64,000 bases of DNA, from positions 6,428 through 70,427 of the forward strand of contig CALXUR010000005.1 in NCBI GenBank assembly GCA_944391735.1, written 5' to 3'. Below the pieces are notes generated by a model. It was not told the origin of the DNA. It searched no databases and saw only the letters and a list, made by a program, of their open reading frames with translations. Positions 16,106-25,271 of the stretch are shown one piece after another. Numbering within the stretch: position 1 is the stretch's first letter; the number at the start of each line of letters is the position of its first letter. The translations under genes and the position numbers were made by a program. This DNA comes from an uncultured Alphaproteobacteria bacterium (lineage in GTDB: Bacteria; Pseudomonadota; Alphaproteobacteria; CAAHEQ01; UBA3637).

Positions 16106-17944
16106 TTATGTTAATTTTTCCGATAATACAAGCCATTTTTCTTCTAAATCATCGATTTGTGTATTTAATTGTCTTAACTCTTCTGTTATGGAGCGAATTT
16201 GATCCGGTGTCAATGGCGTTTCAAAAGAAGATTCAAGATCTTTTTTACGGATGCTTAATCGTTCTAACTCCCTTTCCAAAAGCCCCATTTGCGCCCGAAC
16301 CTGACGTATTTCGGCAGATGCGTGAGTCTTATAAACGGATTTTGTCTGGGACAGTGTTTTTGTTTTTTTATTATTTTGTGTTAAAGGCGCAGGTTCCAAC
16401 AATTGTTTTTTATAGGTCGCCAAATCACCATCGAACGGCCGACAAGAACCGTCTTGAACCAACCATAAATCCTCGGCCGCCAATTCGATTAAATTTAAAT
16501 CGTGGGCAATCAGGATAACACTGCCGTCATATGCGTTCAACGCATCAATCAAAGCCTCCCGCCCCTGAATATCCAAATGGTTCGTCGGTTCGTCCAAAAT
16601 CAAAAGAGCCGGTTCCCGTATTGTCATGCGCGCAAATAAAAGACGTGCTTTTTCGCCGCCGGATAAGTATTCGATACGTGTTAACGCCCGTTCTCCGGTT
16701 AATCCAAATCTGGCCAAATGTGAGCGCAGTTTTGTTTCCGTCGCCTCGGGCAACAAACGGGACATGAACAATAAAGGCGTTAACGCCAAAGGTAACTCTT
16801 CCGTTTGATGCTGGGCGAAATAACCGATTTCCAACTGTGACGACCGACGCACGGTTCCCTCCATCGGATCTAACCGACCGACAAGCAATTTTGCCAAAGT
16901 TGATTTACCGTTTCCGTTAGCCCCCATCAGAGCGATACGATCATGCGCCCCGATTGAAAAAGATAATTTTCTTAATACGGGGGAACCGTTATATCCGACG
17001 CTGACCTGATCTAACGTCATCAAAGGCGGTGCCAAACGAGCCGGTGGCGGAAATGTGAATTGAAAATCGGCTTTTCCCGGCAAATCGGGTAAATCTGCCA
17101 TTTTTTCCAATTGCTTTAAACGACTTTGAGCCTGCCTGGCTTTTGTCGCCTTATAGCGAAACCGGTCAACAAAAGATTGCAAATGCGCTTTTTTTTGAGC
17201 CTGATGCGCAATCTGTTTGGCCAATAAATCCAGTTGAGCGGCATACGTTCTTTGAAACGTATCGTAATTCCCTGTGTATAATGTCAATTTTTGCCGATCA
17301 AAATAAACGATATGATCACACAGTTCGTTTAAAATCACCCGATCATGGCTGACCAAAATCAAAGTACCGTCATATTTTTTCAAATGAGTCAGCAACCATA
17401 AGGTTGATTCCAAATCCAAGTGGTTAGTCGGTTCATCCAAAAGTAAAATTGTTGAGGGTTGAAATAAAGCTGCCGCCAAAGCCAACCGCATCCGCCACCC
17501 TCCTGAAAATTCAGCGACAGGGCGGTGCAGATCCTCATTCTTAAAACCAAGACCGTTTAAAATCCGGGCGGCTCGCGCCGGTGCGGCATCCCCATCATGC
17601 AACCGCCATTGCTCTAAAAGATCCGGACGCTCCATATCAGAAGCCTCGGTTAACTTTCGGGACAACTCGGCCAAGTCTGTATCTTGAGACAAGACGTAAT
17701 CCAAGACAGGGATATTCGTATTTAAAAACTCCTGTGCCACAGACACAATCCGCGCATTGTTCGGAAAAGAAATCCGACCGCTTTCAATATCCATTTCATG
17801 ACGAAGAACACGAAACAAAGTTGATTTGCCGCAACCGTTCAGCCCGACAACCCCCACTTTTTGACCATCCGATACATGAAGTGACGCGTGATCCAACAGG
17901 ACACGGGAACCGATACGAACCGTAACATCATTTATATCAATCAT
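16106..17944 (-). CDS. ABC-F family ATP-binding protein
   Basis: Two ABC cassettes (GLNGCGKST, FSGGWRMR, LLDEPTNHLD; GANGNGKST, LSGGEKAR), no TM segments, coiled-coil tail. Start at MIDI. Confidence 0.92.
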   Translation of the reverse strand: MIDINDVTVRIGSRVLLDHASLHVSDGQKVGVVGLNGCGKSTLFRVLRHEMDIESGRISFPNNARIVSVAQEFLNTNIPVLDYVLSQDTDLAELSRKLTEASDMERPDLLEQWRLHDGDAAPARAARILNGLGFKNEDLHRPVAEFSGGWRMRLALAAALFQPSTILLLDEPTNHLDLESTLWLLTHLKKYDGTLILVSHDRVILNELCDHIVYFDRQKLTLYTGNYDTFQRTYAAQLDLLAKQIAHQAQKKAHLQSFVDRFRYKATKARQAQSRLKQLEKMADLPDLPGKADFQFTFPPPARLAPPLMTLDQVSVGYNGSPVLRKLSFSIGAHDRIALMGANGNGKSTLAKLLVGRLDPMEGTVRRSSQLEIGYFAQHQTEELPLALTPLLFMSRLLPEATETKLRSHLARFGLTGERALTRIEYLSGGEKARLLFARMTIREPALLILDEPTNHLDIQGREALIDALNAYDGSVILIAHDLNLIELAAEDLWLVQDGSCRPFDGDLATYKKQLLEPAPLTQNNKKTKTLSQTKSVYKTHASAEIRQVRAQMGLLERELERLSIRKKDLESSFETPLTPDQIRSITEELRQLNTQIDDLEEKWLVLSEKLT

Positions 17945-17992
17945 TTCGGACGGAATCATATCAGAAAAAAGGACAAAAGGCAAGTTTATTCC

Positions 17993-18021
17993 TTGACCAA
18001 CCGTTTTTCGAATGGTATATA
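17993..18021 (+). promoter_or_regulatory. Sigma-70 promoter of the MATE-metK-like operon
   Basis: TTGACC-17 bp-TATATA. Confidence 0.55.
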
Positions 18022-18041
18022 ACCTTTGAAAGGAATAAAAG

Positions 18042-19406
18042 ATGTTATCTGCAGATGCGCACCGTTTAACAGACGGACATATAGCCCGCACACTTTTTAA
18101 GTTTGCCCTTCCCTATTTGGGCGCTAATTTCCTTGTGGCTCTTTATGGTGCAGCCGACGTTCTGATTGTCAGTTATTTTGCAAGTCCCGCAGCACTTGCG
18201 GCAACGTCCACGGGGGCGCAGGCCGTATTTACGATGATGGCTCTGGCAATCGGGTTAACACTGGGCGGAACCATTTTAATCGGGCAATATTTCGGTGCCA
18301 AAAAGGAAAAGGATGTTATTGAAACGATTCAAACGGTATTTTCCCTGTTTGCCATTACCGCTTTGATCGGTTCAGCCGTTATGTTCATTTTTGCCCGTCC
18401 GATCGCCGCACTTTTGGAAACACCGCCGGAAGCATTTCAAGGTGCCTGTCAATACATCATGATTTGCGGTGGCGGATTAATCTTTACTTTTGCTTATGAA
18501 TCGATCAGTGCCGTTCTTCGTGGTCTGGGAGATTCTAAAAATCCGTTAAAATTCATTGCGGCAGCTTGTTCAATGAATATCCTTTTAGACTTATTGTTTG
18601 TCGGGGGATTCAATTGGGGTGCCGCGGGTGCCGCAGCGGCAACCGTTATCTCCCAGGCATTCAGTGTTCTGGTGGCTGTTCTGTATTTACGACACCGAAA
18701 ATTTATCTTTGACTTTTCATGGAAGAGTTTCGGATTTCATTCTGAAAAAGCAAAAAAAATTTTACGTCTTGGTATTCCGTCCGCCATTCAACAAACCGTT
18801 ATTTTTACATCCTTTACCATTATGACCGCCATCGTGAACAAAATGGGAGTTATCGCTTCGGCGGCTGCCGGCATTACAACCAAAATAGACGGTTTTATGA
18901 TTATGCCGTCTTTGGCATTCGCCTCTGCCGTTTCGGTTATGACGGCACAAAACATCGGCGCACGCCAAATCAAGCGAGCAAAAGAAACATTCTATACCGG
19001 TTTTTTGATGGCTTTATGTTTTGGCGCACCGTCATTTTATATGATGTATCACCATGCGCCGACCGTGATGCGGCTTGTAACCGAAAATACCGATATTATC
19101 AACGCGGGTGCCGATTTTATGTTAGCCTATAGTCCCGATTGTATTTTGTTAAGCCTTGTTTTTTGTCTGAACGGTTTTTTAAATGGCAGCGGGCGAACCA
19201 CATTCACAATGACAAATAATTTAATATCCACTTTGTTCTTTCGGGTTCCCCTTATTTTCCAAGCAACAACTCTGTTTGCGGCAGGCTTTGCACTTCCGCT
19301 TTCTACGATACCGCAAATCATGTTATCTTTATTTTATTTTTACAAAGGATATTGGAAAAAATCCGTTATTGATAACCCAAGGAGAAAAAATGATCAAAAC
19401 AGCTGA
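18042..19406 (+). CDS. MATE family efflux transporter
   Basis: About 12 hydrophobic segments; LRGLGDSKNPL, NILLDLLFV..G.AGAAAATVISQ, AQNIGA. Confidence 0.92.
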   Translation: MLSADAHRLTDGHIARTLFKFALPYLGANFLVALYGAADVLIVSYFASPAALAATSTGAQAVFTMMALAIGLTLGGTILIGQYFGAKKEKDVIETIQTVFSLFAITALIGSAVMFIFARPIAALLETPPEAFQGACQYIMICGGGLIFTFAYESISAVLRGLGDSKNPLKFIAAACSMNILLDLLFVGGFNWGAAGAAAATVISQAFSVLVAVLYLRHRKFIFDFSWKSFGFHSEKAKKILRLGIPSAIQQTVIFTSFTIMTAIVNKMGVIASAAAGITTKIDGFMIMPSLAFASAVSVMTAQNIGARQIKRAKETFYTGFLMALCFGAPSFYMMYHHAPTVMRLVTENTDIINAGADFMLAYSPDCILLSLVFCLNGFLNGSGRTTFTMTNNLISTLFFRVPLIFQATTLFAAGFALPLSTIPQIMLSLFYFYKGYWKKSVIDNPRRKNDQNS

Positions 19407-20400
19407 ATTTGTTTCTTTAGGACATCCCGATAAAACGGCCGATTTTATTACCAGTTACATTTTAGACCGCTTGATTGAGCAAGATGAACTTGTTAAATAC
19501 GGTGTCGAAGTGATGATAAAAGACAACACCGTCGTGTTGGGCGGAGAAATTAACGGACATGTTGTTCTGAATGACCTGACAAGTTGGGTCAAAGAAGCGT
19601 TACGCCAAATCGGATATGATGAACACTACGCCTCTTTATGGGGAAATAACGCCGTCAACATCAACAAATTGAATGTTATCAATTTAATCGGGCTACAATC
19701 TCCGGAAATTAATCAGGGGGTCATACAAAACGGTTGGGGCGACCAAGGCGTGTTTGTGGGATACGCCTGTCAAGGTCCGGATTTTTTACCCAGAGAGTTA
19801 TCATTGGCGCGAAAGTTGGCAAATACATTTTACGAACAAGCCAAACAATCGGATTGTTTGGGGTTGGATATTAAGGCTCAAATCACATTGGATGAAGAAA
19901 ATCACATCGAAACGGCGATACTGGCCGTTCCGATGCGTCGGCCTGTTGACATTTCAAATGAGGAAATTGCCGCCGCATTAGGGGAACAACCTAAAAACAT
20001 CATTGTGAACGGAACAGGATCTTATACCACCCACTCTGCCGTTGCCGATTGCGGTATTACGGGACGTAAACTGGCATGCGACTTTTACTCAACCGCCTGT
20101 CCGGTCGGTGGCGGATCTCCATGGACAAAAGACGCCACAAAAGCAGATTTGACCTTAAATTTATATGCGCGAAAATTGGCAATTGACTTGTTACGGGAAA
20201 ATGACGAATGTTTCGTCTACCTGTCTTCGTGTATCGGCCGGAGTGAGTTGCCGAGTGCTGTTGTCAAAACAATTAAAAACGGGGTCATAAAGGTAAACAA
20301 TATTCAAATAAAACAAACCCCGAAAGACATGATTCAACAACTCGGTCTGAACAAACCGGTTTTCGCCGACATGTGCCGCACAGGTATTGTATTATATTAA
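19390..20400 (+). CDS. metK: Divergent S-adenosylmethionine synthetase-like protein (chromosomal copy)
   Basis: GHPDK, GWGDQG, DCGITGRK, GGGSPWTKD..KAD. Start at MIKT (RBS AGGAG) overlaps the MATE 3' end. Confidence 0.8.
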   Translation: MIKTAEFVSLGHPDKTADFITSYILDRLIEQDELVKYGVEVMIKDNTVVLGGEINGHVVLNDLTSWVKEALRQIGYDEHYASLWGNNAVNINKLNVINLIGLQSPEINQGVIQNGWGDQGVFVGYACQGPDFLPRELSLARKLANTFYEQAKQSDCLGLDIKAQITLDEENHIETAILAVPMRRPVDISNEEIAAALGEQPKNIIVNGTGSYTTHSAVADCGITGRKLACDFYSTACPVGGGSPWTKDATKADLTLNLYARKLAIDLLRENDECFVYLSSCIGRSELPSAVVKTIKNGVIKVNNIQIKQTPKDMIQQLGLNKPVFADMCRTGIVLY

Positions 20401-20783
20401 CGAGCGGATTGACGCACGTCGGATAAAATTTGTTTTTCCAATTTTTTTCTAAAAACAAGCTCTCGGCGATATGCGTCAATAGTCCCGTTAGACAAAGCCA
20501 AAATCGCCTCAAAGTTATCATTGGGTGAAACTTTGTTTCTCCGAACAAAGCCGCACTTTTCACATTGATGAACAATATACTGTTGACCGTTTTTGTTTTC
20601 CAAAGAAACTGCCAGCATTGTTCCTTTGCACGAAGATGCCCGATCTCCGGGGTTAATATCAACATGCTTACTGGATAAACACTCCGGGCAATGATTCGTG
20701 TACCCGTTTCCCTGCACATCCGTCGCACACACATCACAGGTAAAATCTTCCTTACGTCGTGTAAATTGAGCCGTCACAGTCAT
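20397..20783 (-). CDS. RNHCP-domain protein (Zn-ribbon)
   Basis: FTCDVC..GNGYTNHCPECLSSKHVDINPGDRASSCKG.M...HQCEKCG. Confidence 0.85.
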   Translation of the reverse strand: MTVTAQFTRRKEDFTCDVCATDVQGNGYTNHCPECLSSKHVDINPGDRASSCKGTMLAVSLENKNGQQYIVHQCEKCGFVRRNKVSPNDNFEAILALSNGTIDAYRRELVFRKKLEKQILSDVRQSAR

Positions 20784-22060
20784 TTCTCTTTCCTTTCATA
20801 GTCTCGAAAAATCAAAACATCCTTGGGTGGCAGGCAGACCTGAAGTTGAATATTTTGCTCCGTATCTTTTCGAGCCAACACACGCCCTTTTCGATACAGG
20901 GAAGCTAAAATGTCCCCTCGTTCAATCGGAATCGCCACATCCAAGGTTTGATACTCTTTTAACAGTTCCTGCTCTATCCGACGCAAGAAGGCATCAATTC
21001 CCTGCCCCGTTTTGGCAGATACGGGCCATTCGTTGTTAAAACGGGTCTTTTGATTCAAAATCCGTTGCTGTTCGGCTTCGTCCAATAAATCAATTTTATT
21101 TAAAACCTCAATCAACCCGGTATCAACTTTATCTTTAACTCCCAAATCGGATAAAACTGACTCCACATCCTTTTTTTGCGCAACCGTGTCAGGATGTGAA
21201 AAATCACGCACATGAACAATAATATCTGCTTCCAATACCTCTTCCAAAGTGGCACGGAACGCCATCACCAATTCCGTCGGCAAGTCAGACACAAAACCAA
21301 CGGTATCGGATAAAATGACATCTGTTCCACCGGGCAGCCGCACATGTCGCATTGTCGGATCTAAGGTTGCGAACAGCATATCTTTGGCTAACACATCCGC
21401 TTTTGTCAACCGATTAAACAACGTTGATTTACCGGCATTTGTATAACCGACCAGGGCGACTATCGGATACGGAACCCGACGGCGGGCACGACGATGTAAC
21501 TCCCGCTTTTTTTTAACCTCGGACAACTCTTTTTTGATTTTGATAATATCATCATCAATTAAGCGACGATCTAACTCTATTTGTGTTTCCCCCGGACCTC
21601 CTAAAAAACCGGAGCCGCCCCGCTGCCGCTCCAAGTGCGTCCAGGAACGTACCAAACGAGAACGCGCATATGTTAAATGAGCCAGTTCAACCTGTAAAAC
21701 CCCTTCCTTTGTGCGTGCCCGCTGTCCGAATATTTCCAGAATCAAGGCAGTCTTATCAATCACCTTTGTGTGCCACACCTTTTCCAAATTACGTTGTTGA
21801 AGCGGTGATAAAACACAGGCCATAATCACGACATCCACCTGATTATCACGAATAACGGGCACCAGACGTTCAATATTGCCTTTTCCCAAATAAGCATTGG
21901 CTTTAATTTCACGCAAAGCAACCGTATCTTGAAAAACAACGTCCAGATCAATTGCTTTTGTTAAGGAAACAGATTCCGCCAAACGGGCTTCCGGAGATCT
22001 GGAAAAACCCCCTTCCTGTTTCAAATACGGTAAAATGACAATAGCTTTTTGTCGTGTCAA
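20780..22060 (-). CDS. hflX: GTPase HflX
   Basis: GPGETQIELDRR, VGYTNAGKSTL, LFATLDPT, DTVGF, NKID. Confidence 0.96.
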   Translation of the reverse strand: MTRQKAIVILPYLKQEGGFSRSPEARLAESVSLTKAIDLDVVFQDTVALREIKANAYLGKGNIERLVPVIRDNQVDVVIMACVLSPLQQRNLEKVWHTKVIDKTALILEIFGQRARTKEGVLQVELAHLTYARSRLVRSWTHLERQRGGSGFLGGPGETQIELDRRLIDDDIIKIKKELSEVKKKRELHRRARRRVPYPIVALVGYTNAGKSTLFNRLTKADVLAKDMLFATLDPTMRHVRLPGGTDVILSDTVGFVSDLPTELVMAFRATLEEVLEADIIVHVRDFSHPDTVAQKKDVESVLSDLGVKDKVDTGLIEVLNKIDLLDEAEQQRILNQKTRFNNEWPVSAKTGQGIDAFLRRIEQELLKEYQTLDVAIPIERGDILASLYRKGRVLARKDTEQNIQLQVCLPPKDVLIFRDYERKEK

Positions 22061-22072
22061 TGCAATATCCTT

Positions 22073-22288
22073 TTAATCCGGCAAAACGGGATCCACCGGC
22101 ATAATCGTCGAAACGGCATGTTTATAAATTAACTGACAATGCGCGTCCCGTCGAAGAAGTAAGGAGGTCTCATCTGCGTGTGTTAAGATTCCCTGCAATT
22201 TAATACCACAGATTAAAAATACCGTTACGGGATGTTCCCCTGCAATTAATTTATTAATATAGGACGCTTCCATATTCGACGGACTCAT
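22073..22288 (-). CDS. hfq: RNA chaperone Hfq
   Basis: VTVFLICGIKLQG..QLIYKHAVSTIMP, directly upstream of hflX. Start at MSPS chosen from RBS spacing. Confidence 0.88.
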   Translation of the reverse strand: MSPSNMEASYINKLIAGEHPVTVFLICGIKLQGILTHADETSLLLRRDAHCQLIYKHAVSTIMPVDPVLPD

Positions 22289-22333
22289 ATTCATTCTCCT
22301 GAAAAGAGAGTATACGCTCATTTTGATAAAAAA

Positions 22334-23059
22334 TCAAGACCACCTGACGCAGACACGTGCAAACTCAACGGAATCATCCGCATTTCCGAATACATGAACG
22401 GTTATTAAGGCTTGTCTATATGTTTTAATCCGAACAATATCACCTCTTTTGGCCGGTCGTTTAAAATCTATCCGAATTTCTGACGGAGAATGTTGCGCTG
22501 AAAAAGAGTCGGATACGGTATCTAATATCCATGACGGATAAAGGGCATTGTTGACATGTGCGTTTAAATCAATATCATCCGTATGAACCGGAAAAGAAAT
22601 AATCTCGGCCGCCCCTTCAGGAATCGAAATTTTATCAAATGATGACACCATTGCGTGTTCATTCAACAATTCGTAAGAGGGAATATGTTTCATAACCGAA
22701 ATCGGTCGCATGCGATTGATATCCACCAGCACCCATTGGCTTGTTGCGTTTATCAGAATATTTCCGACACCGTCCCTAACCTGAAAATCCCGAATACCGG
22801 TTGCCGCCGTTGATCCGGAAGGCCAGGTTGTCACTTTTATCTCATCACCCCACGTCGGTAATTTTTTGATTTCAACATGATAACCACCGCCAATCCAACC
22901 AATACCGCGTTCATGACAATAATGATATCCGAGTCCCATTTTGTCGGCATGCTCATCGGCCATATCTTGGAATAAATTAAACAAACTGCGAATACGCAGT
23001 TTTAATTGAGCATCGCATTCATAACTCTTGATTATATACTGTTTTTCATACTTATCCAT
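22334..23059 (-). CDS. Acyl-ACP thioesterase (FatA/FatB-like)
   Basis: SYECD, TWPSG..RDFQV, DIDLNAHVNNALY. Confidence 0.88.
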   Translation of the reverse strand: MDKYEKQYIIKSYECDAQLKLRIRSLFNLFQDMADEHADKMGLGYHYCHERGIGWIGGGYHVEIKKLPTWGDEIKVTTWPSGSTAATGIRDFQVRDGVGNILINATSQWVLVDINRMRPISVMKHIPSYELLNEHAMVSSFDKISIPEGAAEIISFPVHTDDIDLNAHVNNALYPSWILDTVSDSFSAQHSPSEIRIDFKRPAKRGDIVRIKTYRQALITVHVFGNADDSVEFARVCVRWS

Positions 23060-25271
23060 TCTTTTTATCCTCCGGTCTCGGCCGTTCTTTTTGAATTAAA
23101 TCGCAGACATGAAGAACACGCGCATCCGTCGTCAGGTTTTCCAATGAAACAGGAAGTTTATACCGCCAATTCGGATAATTCAAATAGGTCCCCGGCACGT
23201 TAACCTGTTCGACCTGCCCGACCATATCCTCTAAACGTGCCATCAACAACAAACTGTTTGACCTGGCCAAATAAGCATATGTATCCGGAATAAACCAATC
23301 CGGCATGTCCGGTGTCAGCAAACTATTTCGTCCCAAAGACGGCTCGGTAATCAATCCCTCTGAAATAAACGCATCCACGAAAGAACGCCGTTCTTCTTTT
23401 CGCTCGGATACGGCTGACTCATATTGTGTCGGCGTCATCATTTTTAAGCGGCGTTTTAAATCTAAATCCAATCCCTGCCAAAAAGCCGAGTAAGTCGGCA
23501 TATCATGTGTTCCGGCGACGACAAGACACCTGTGTTCGTATTCGCGCGGCAACATAAGCGTATTACCGTGTTTTTGGTAGTGAAAAATCCGAAACGACAA
23601 GACATTTGCCCGAGCCATTGCTTCCATAAAACCAGGCGGAACCGTTCCCAAATCCTCACCGATCACCAACGTTCTGTTACGAACGCTTTCCAAGGCGATA
23701 ATTCCCAGCAAATCATCAAAGGGATATGACAAATAAGCACCGCTACCCCCCGGAACACGTAAGAAAAGACGCATGAGTGAAAAAGCGTGGTCTATTCGGA
23801 AAGCACCGGCCGGACGCATAACATTGCGAACCATGCGAATAAAAAAATCATAAGCCGTCTTTTTCATAACAATGGGATTAAACGGAGCCAAAGCCCAATC
23901 CTGGCCTTTCGGATTAAAAGAGTCCGGCGGCGCACCAATGGAAACCCCTTTTAAAAACAAATCTTGGTCAGACCAGACTTCGGCACTGTTATGACTGACA
24001 CCGACAGGAAGATCCGTATATAACCCGATCGGAGTGTCCGGTGTATCATACACGGTACGAACATTTTCAAATTGTTCAAAAGCGATAAATTGTTGAAAAC
24101 GAATAAACCAAATGCTGTCAGCATATTTTTTTTGAAATGATTGAATCAAGGCCGCATCAGGCGACGCATACCCGGAGGGCCAATCCGGCCAATCGGGCGA
24201 TTGTTTTTCACTTAAAAAATAACTGCGCAGTGCATGAAAAGTGGCGAACTGTGTCAAATAAGGATCCGCCGCCTTACAAAAATCAATAAAAGCTTGTCCT
24301 CGGGGCGTGACAGCTTGAAAATCCGAAGTTAAATGAAGATTTTTAAAAGCGTCATACAAAATCCCCAGAGCCGTATATTTCATTTCGGCCACATATTCGT
24401 ATTCAACAACATCAGAGGATTTAGCTGCAGCCACAAGTTCTATGAACCGAGGCGATTTCAAATAGTCGGCATAGGCAGTAACAGTTTCGGATTCCGGAAC
24501 CGCATCCGTATCAATATAAAGCGGATTCAGAAACAATCGGGATGATGTAAAATAGGGACTGGCATCTTTCGGACTATCCGGAAACAAAGCGTTCAGCGGA
24601 TTAACACCGATCGCGGATGCTTGGAGACGAGTTGCGACCGTTTGAAGATACCTTAAATCCGTAAAATCACCCATACCCCAATTATGTCCCGAAGAAATGG
24701 CGTATAACTGAACCGGAATCCCCCAGGTACGGTATCCTTTTTGAAGAAATTCGGGCATATAGCACGTATTCGGAACAACAATTAAAGAAAGCGTCGCGTT
24801 TGTATCCGGCTTTACATCATCCAACAAAAAAGTCATGGAATGATACCCTTGAGGCACATCCAAAACAAATGAAATCCGACGGCGTTGATACACCTTTCCG
24901 CCCACAGTCCGTGTTTCCAAAATCGGCGTTTCTTTGATTTCCTTTTGTCCGGTAGCCGTTTTCCCATCCTCACGTGTTAAGAACCAAGAAAAGACACGGT
25001 CATCAGTCTTAACGGCAGGAACAACAATATCTAAAGAAAAAGGCGACAACTCCCATTCGCGGACAATACGAACCGGCGGAGCAAAATCTAAAAAACGGTT
25101 GTCTTCAAACCGTGCCAGAGATGCCTCGGCCTCCGCCGCTGTTTCGGCCTGATATCCCAATGAACGGCAAAGGCTTTTTTTTGTTTTGGTATCGGCCTGA
25201 TATATCTGTCCATTGTCCGAAAAAGAAGTCCATATACCTAATTTTTCACACAAACGATCCAGAGATGTCAT
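23052..25271 (-). CDS. malQ: 4-alpha-glucanotransferase (GH77)
   Basis: WGMGDFTDL, ASPYFTSSR, DLPVG, GAPPD, RIDH, GEDLG, THD, NWR. Confidence 0.93.
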   Translation of the reverse strand: MTSLDRLCEKLGIWTSFSDNGQIYQADTKTKKSLCRSLGYQAETAAEAEASLARFEDNRFLDFAPPVRIVREWELSPFSLDIVVPAVKTDDRVFSWFLTREDGKTATGQKEIKETPILETRTVGGKVYQRRRISFVLDVPQGYHSMTFLLDDVKPDTNATLSLIVVPNTCYMPEFLQKGYRTWGIPVQLYAISSGHNWGMGDFTDLRYLQTVATRLQASAIGVNPLNALFPDSPKDASPYFTSSRLFLNPLYIDTDAVPESETVTAYADYLKSPRFIELVAAAKSSDVVEYEYVAEMKYTALGILYDAFKNLHLTSDFQAVTPRGQAFIDFCKAADPYLTQFATFHALRSYFLSEKQSPDWPDWPSGYASPDAALIQSFQKKYADSIWFIRFQQFIAFEQFENVRTVYDTPDTPIGLYTDLPVGVSHNSAEVWSDQDLFLKGVSIGAPPDSFNPKGQDWALAPFNPIVMKKTAYDFFIRMVRNVMRPAGAFRIDHAFSLMRLFLRVPGGSGAYLSYPFDDLLGIIALESVRNRTLVIGEDLGTVPPGFMEAMARANVLSFRIFHYQKHGNTLMLPREYEHRCLVVAGTHDMPTYSAFWQGLDLDLKRRLKMMTPTQYESAVSERKEERRSFVDAFISEGLITEPSLGRNSLLTPDMPDWFIPDTYAYLARSNSLLLMARLEDMVGQVEQVNVPGTYLNYPNWRYKLPVSLENLTTDARVLHVCDLIQKERPRPEDKKNG

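Noticed and set aside
17945-18091. N-terminal extensions in the ORF track (ABC-F here; also 1557-1622, 4191-4256, 7451-7501, 19276-19389, 44024-44086)
   Set aside because: They overlap neighbouring genes or promoters and lack RBS; downstream starts have clear SD sequences.
19300-19390. Riboswitch before the chromosomal metK-like gene
   Set aside because: The region is MATE coding sequence and no AUUU/UUGY/RCUAAA core was seen.
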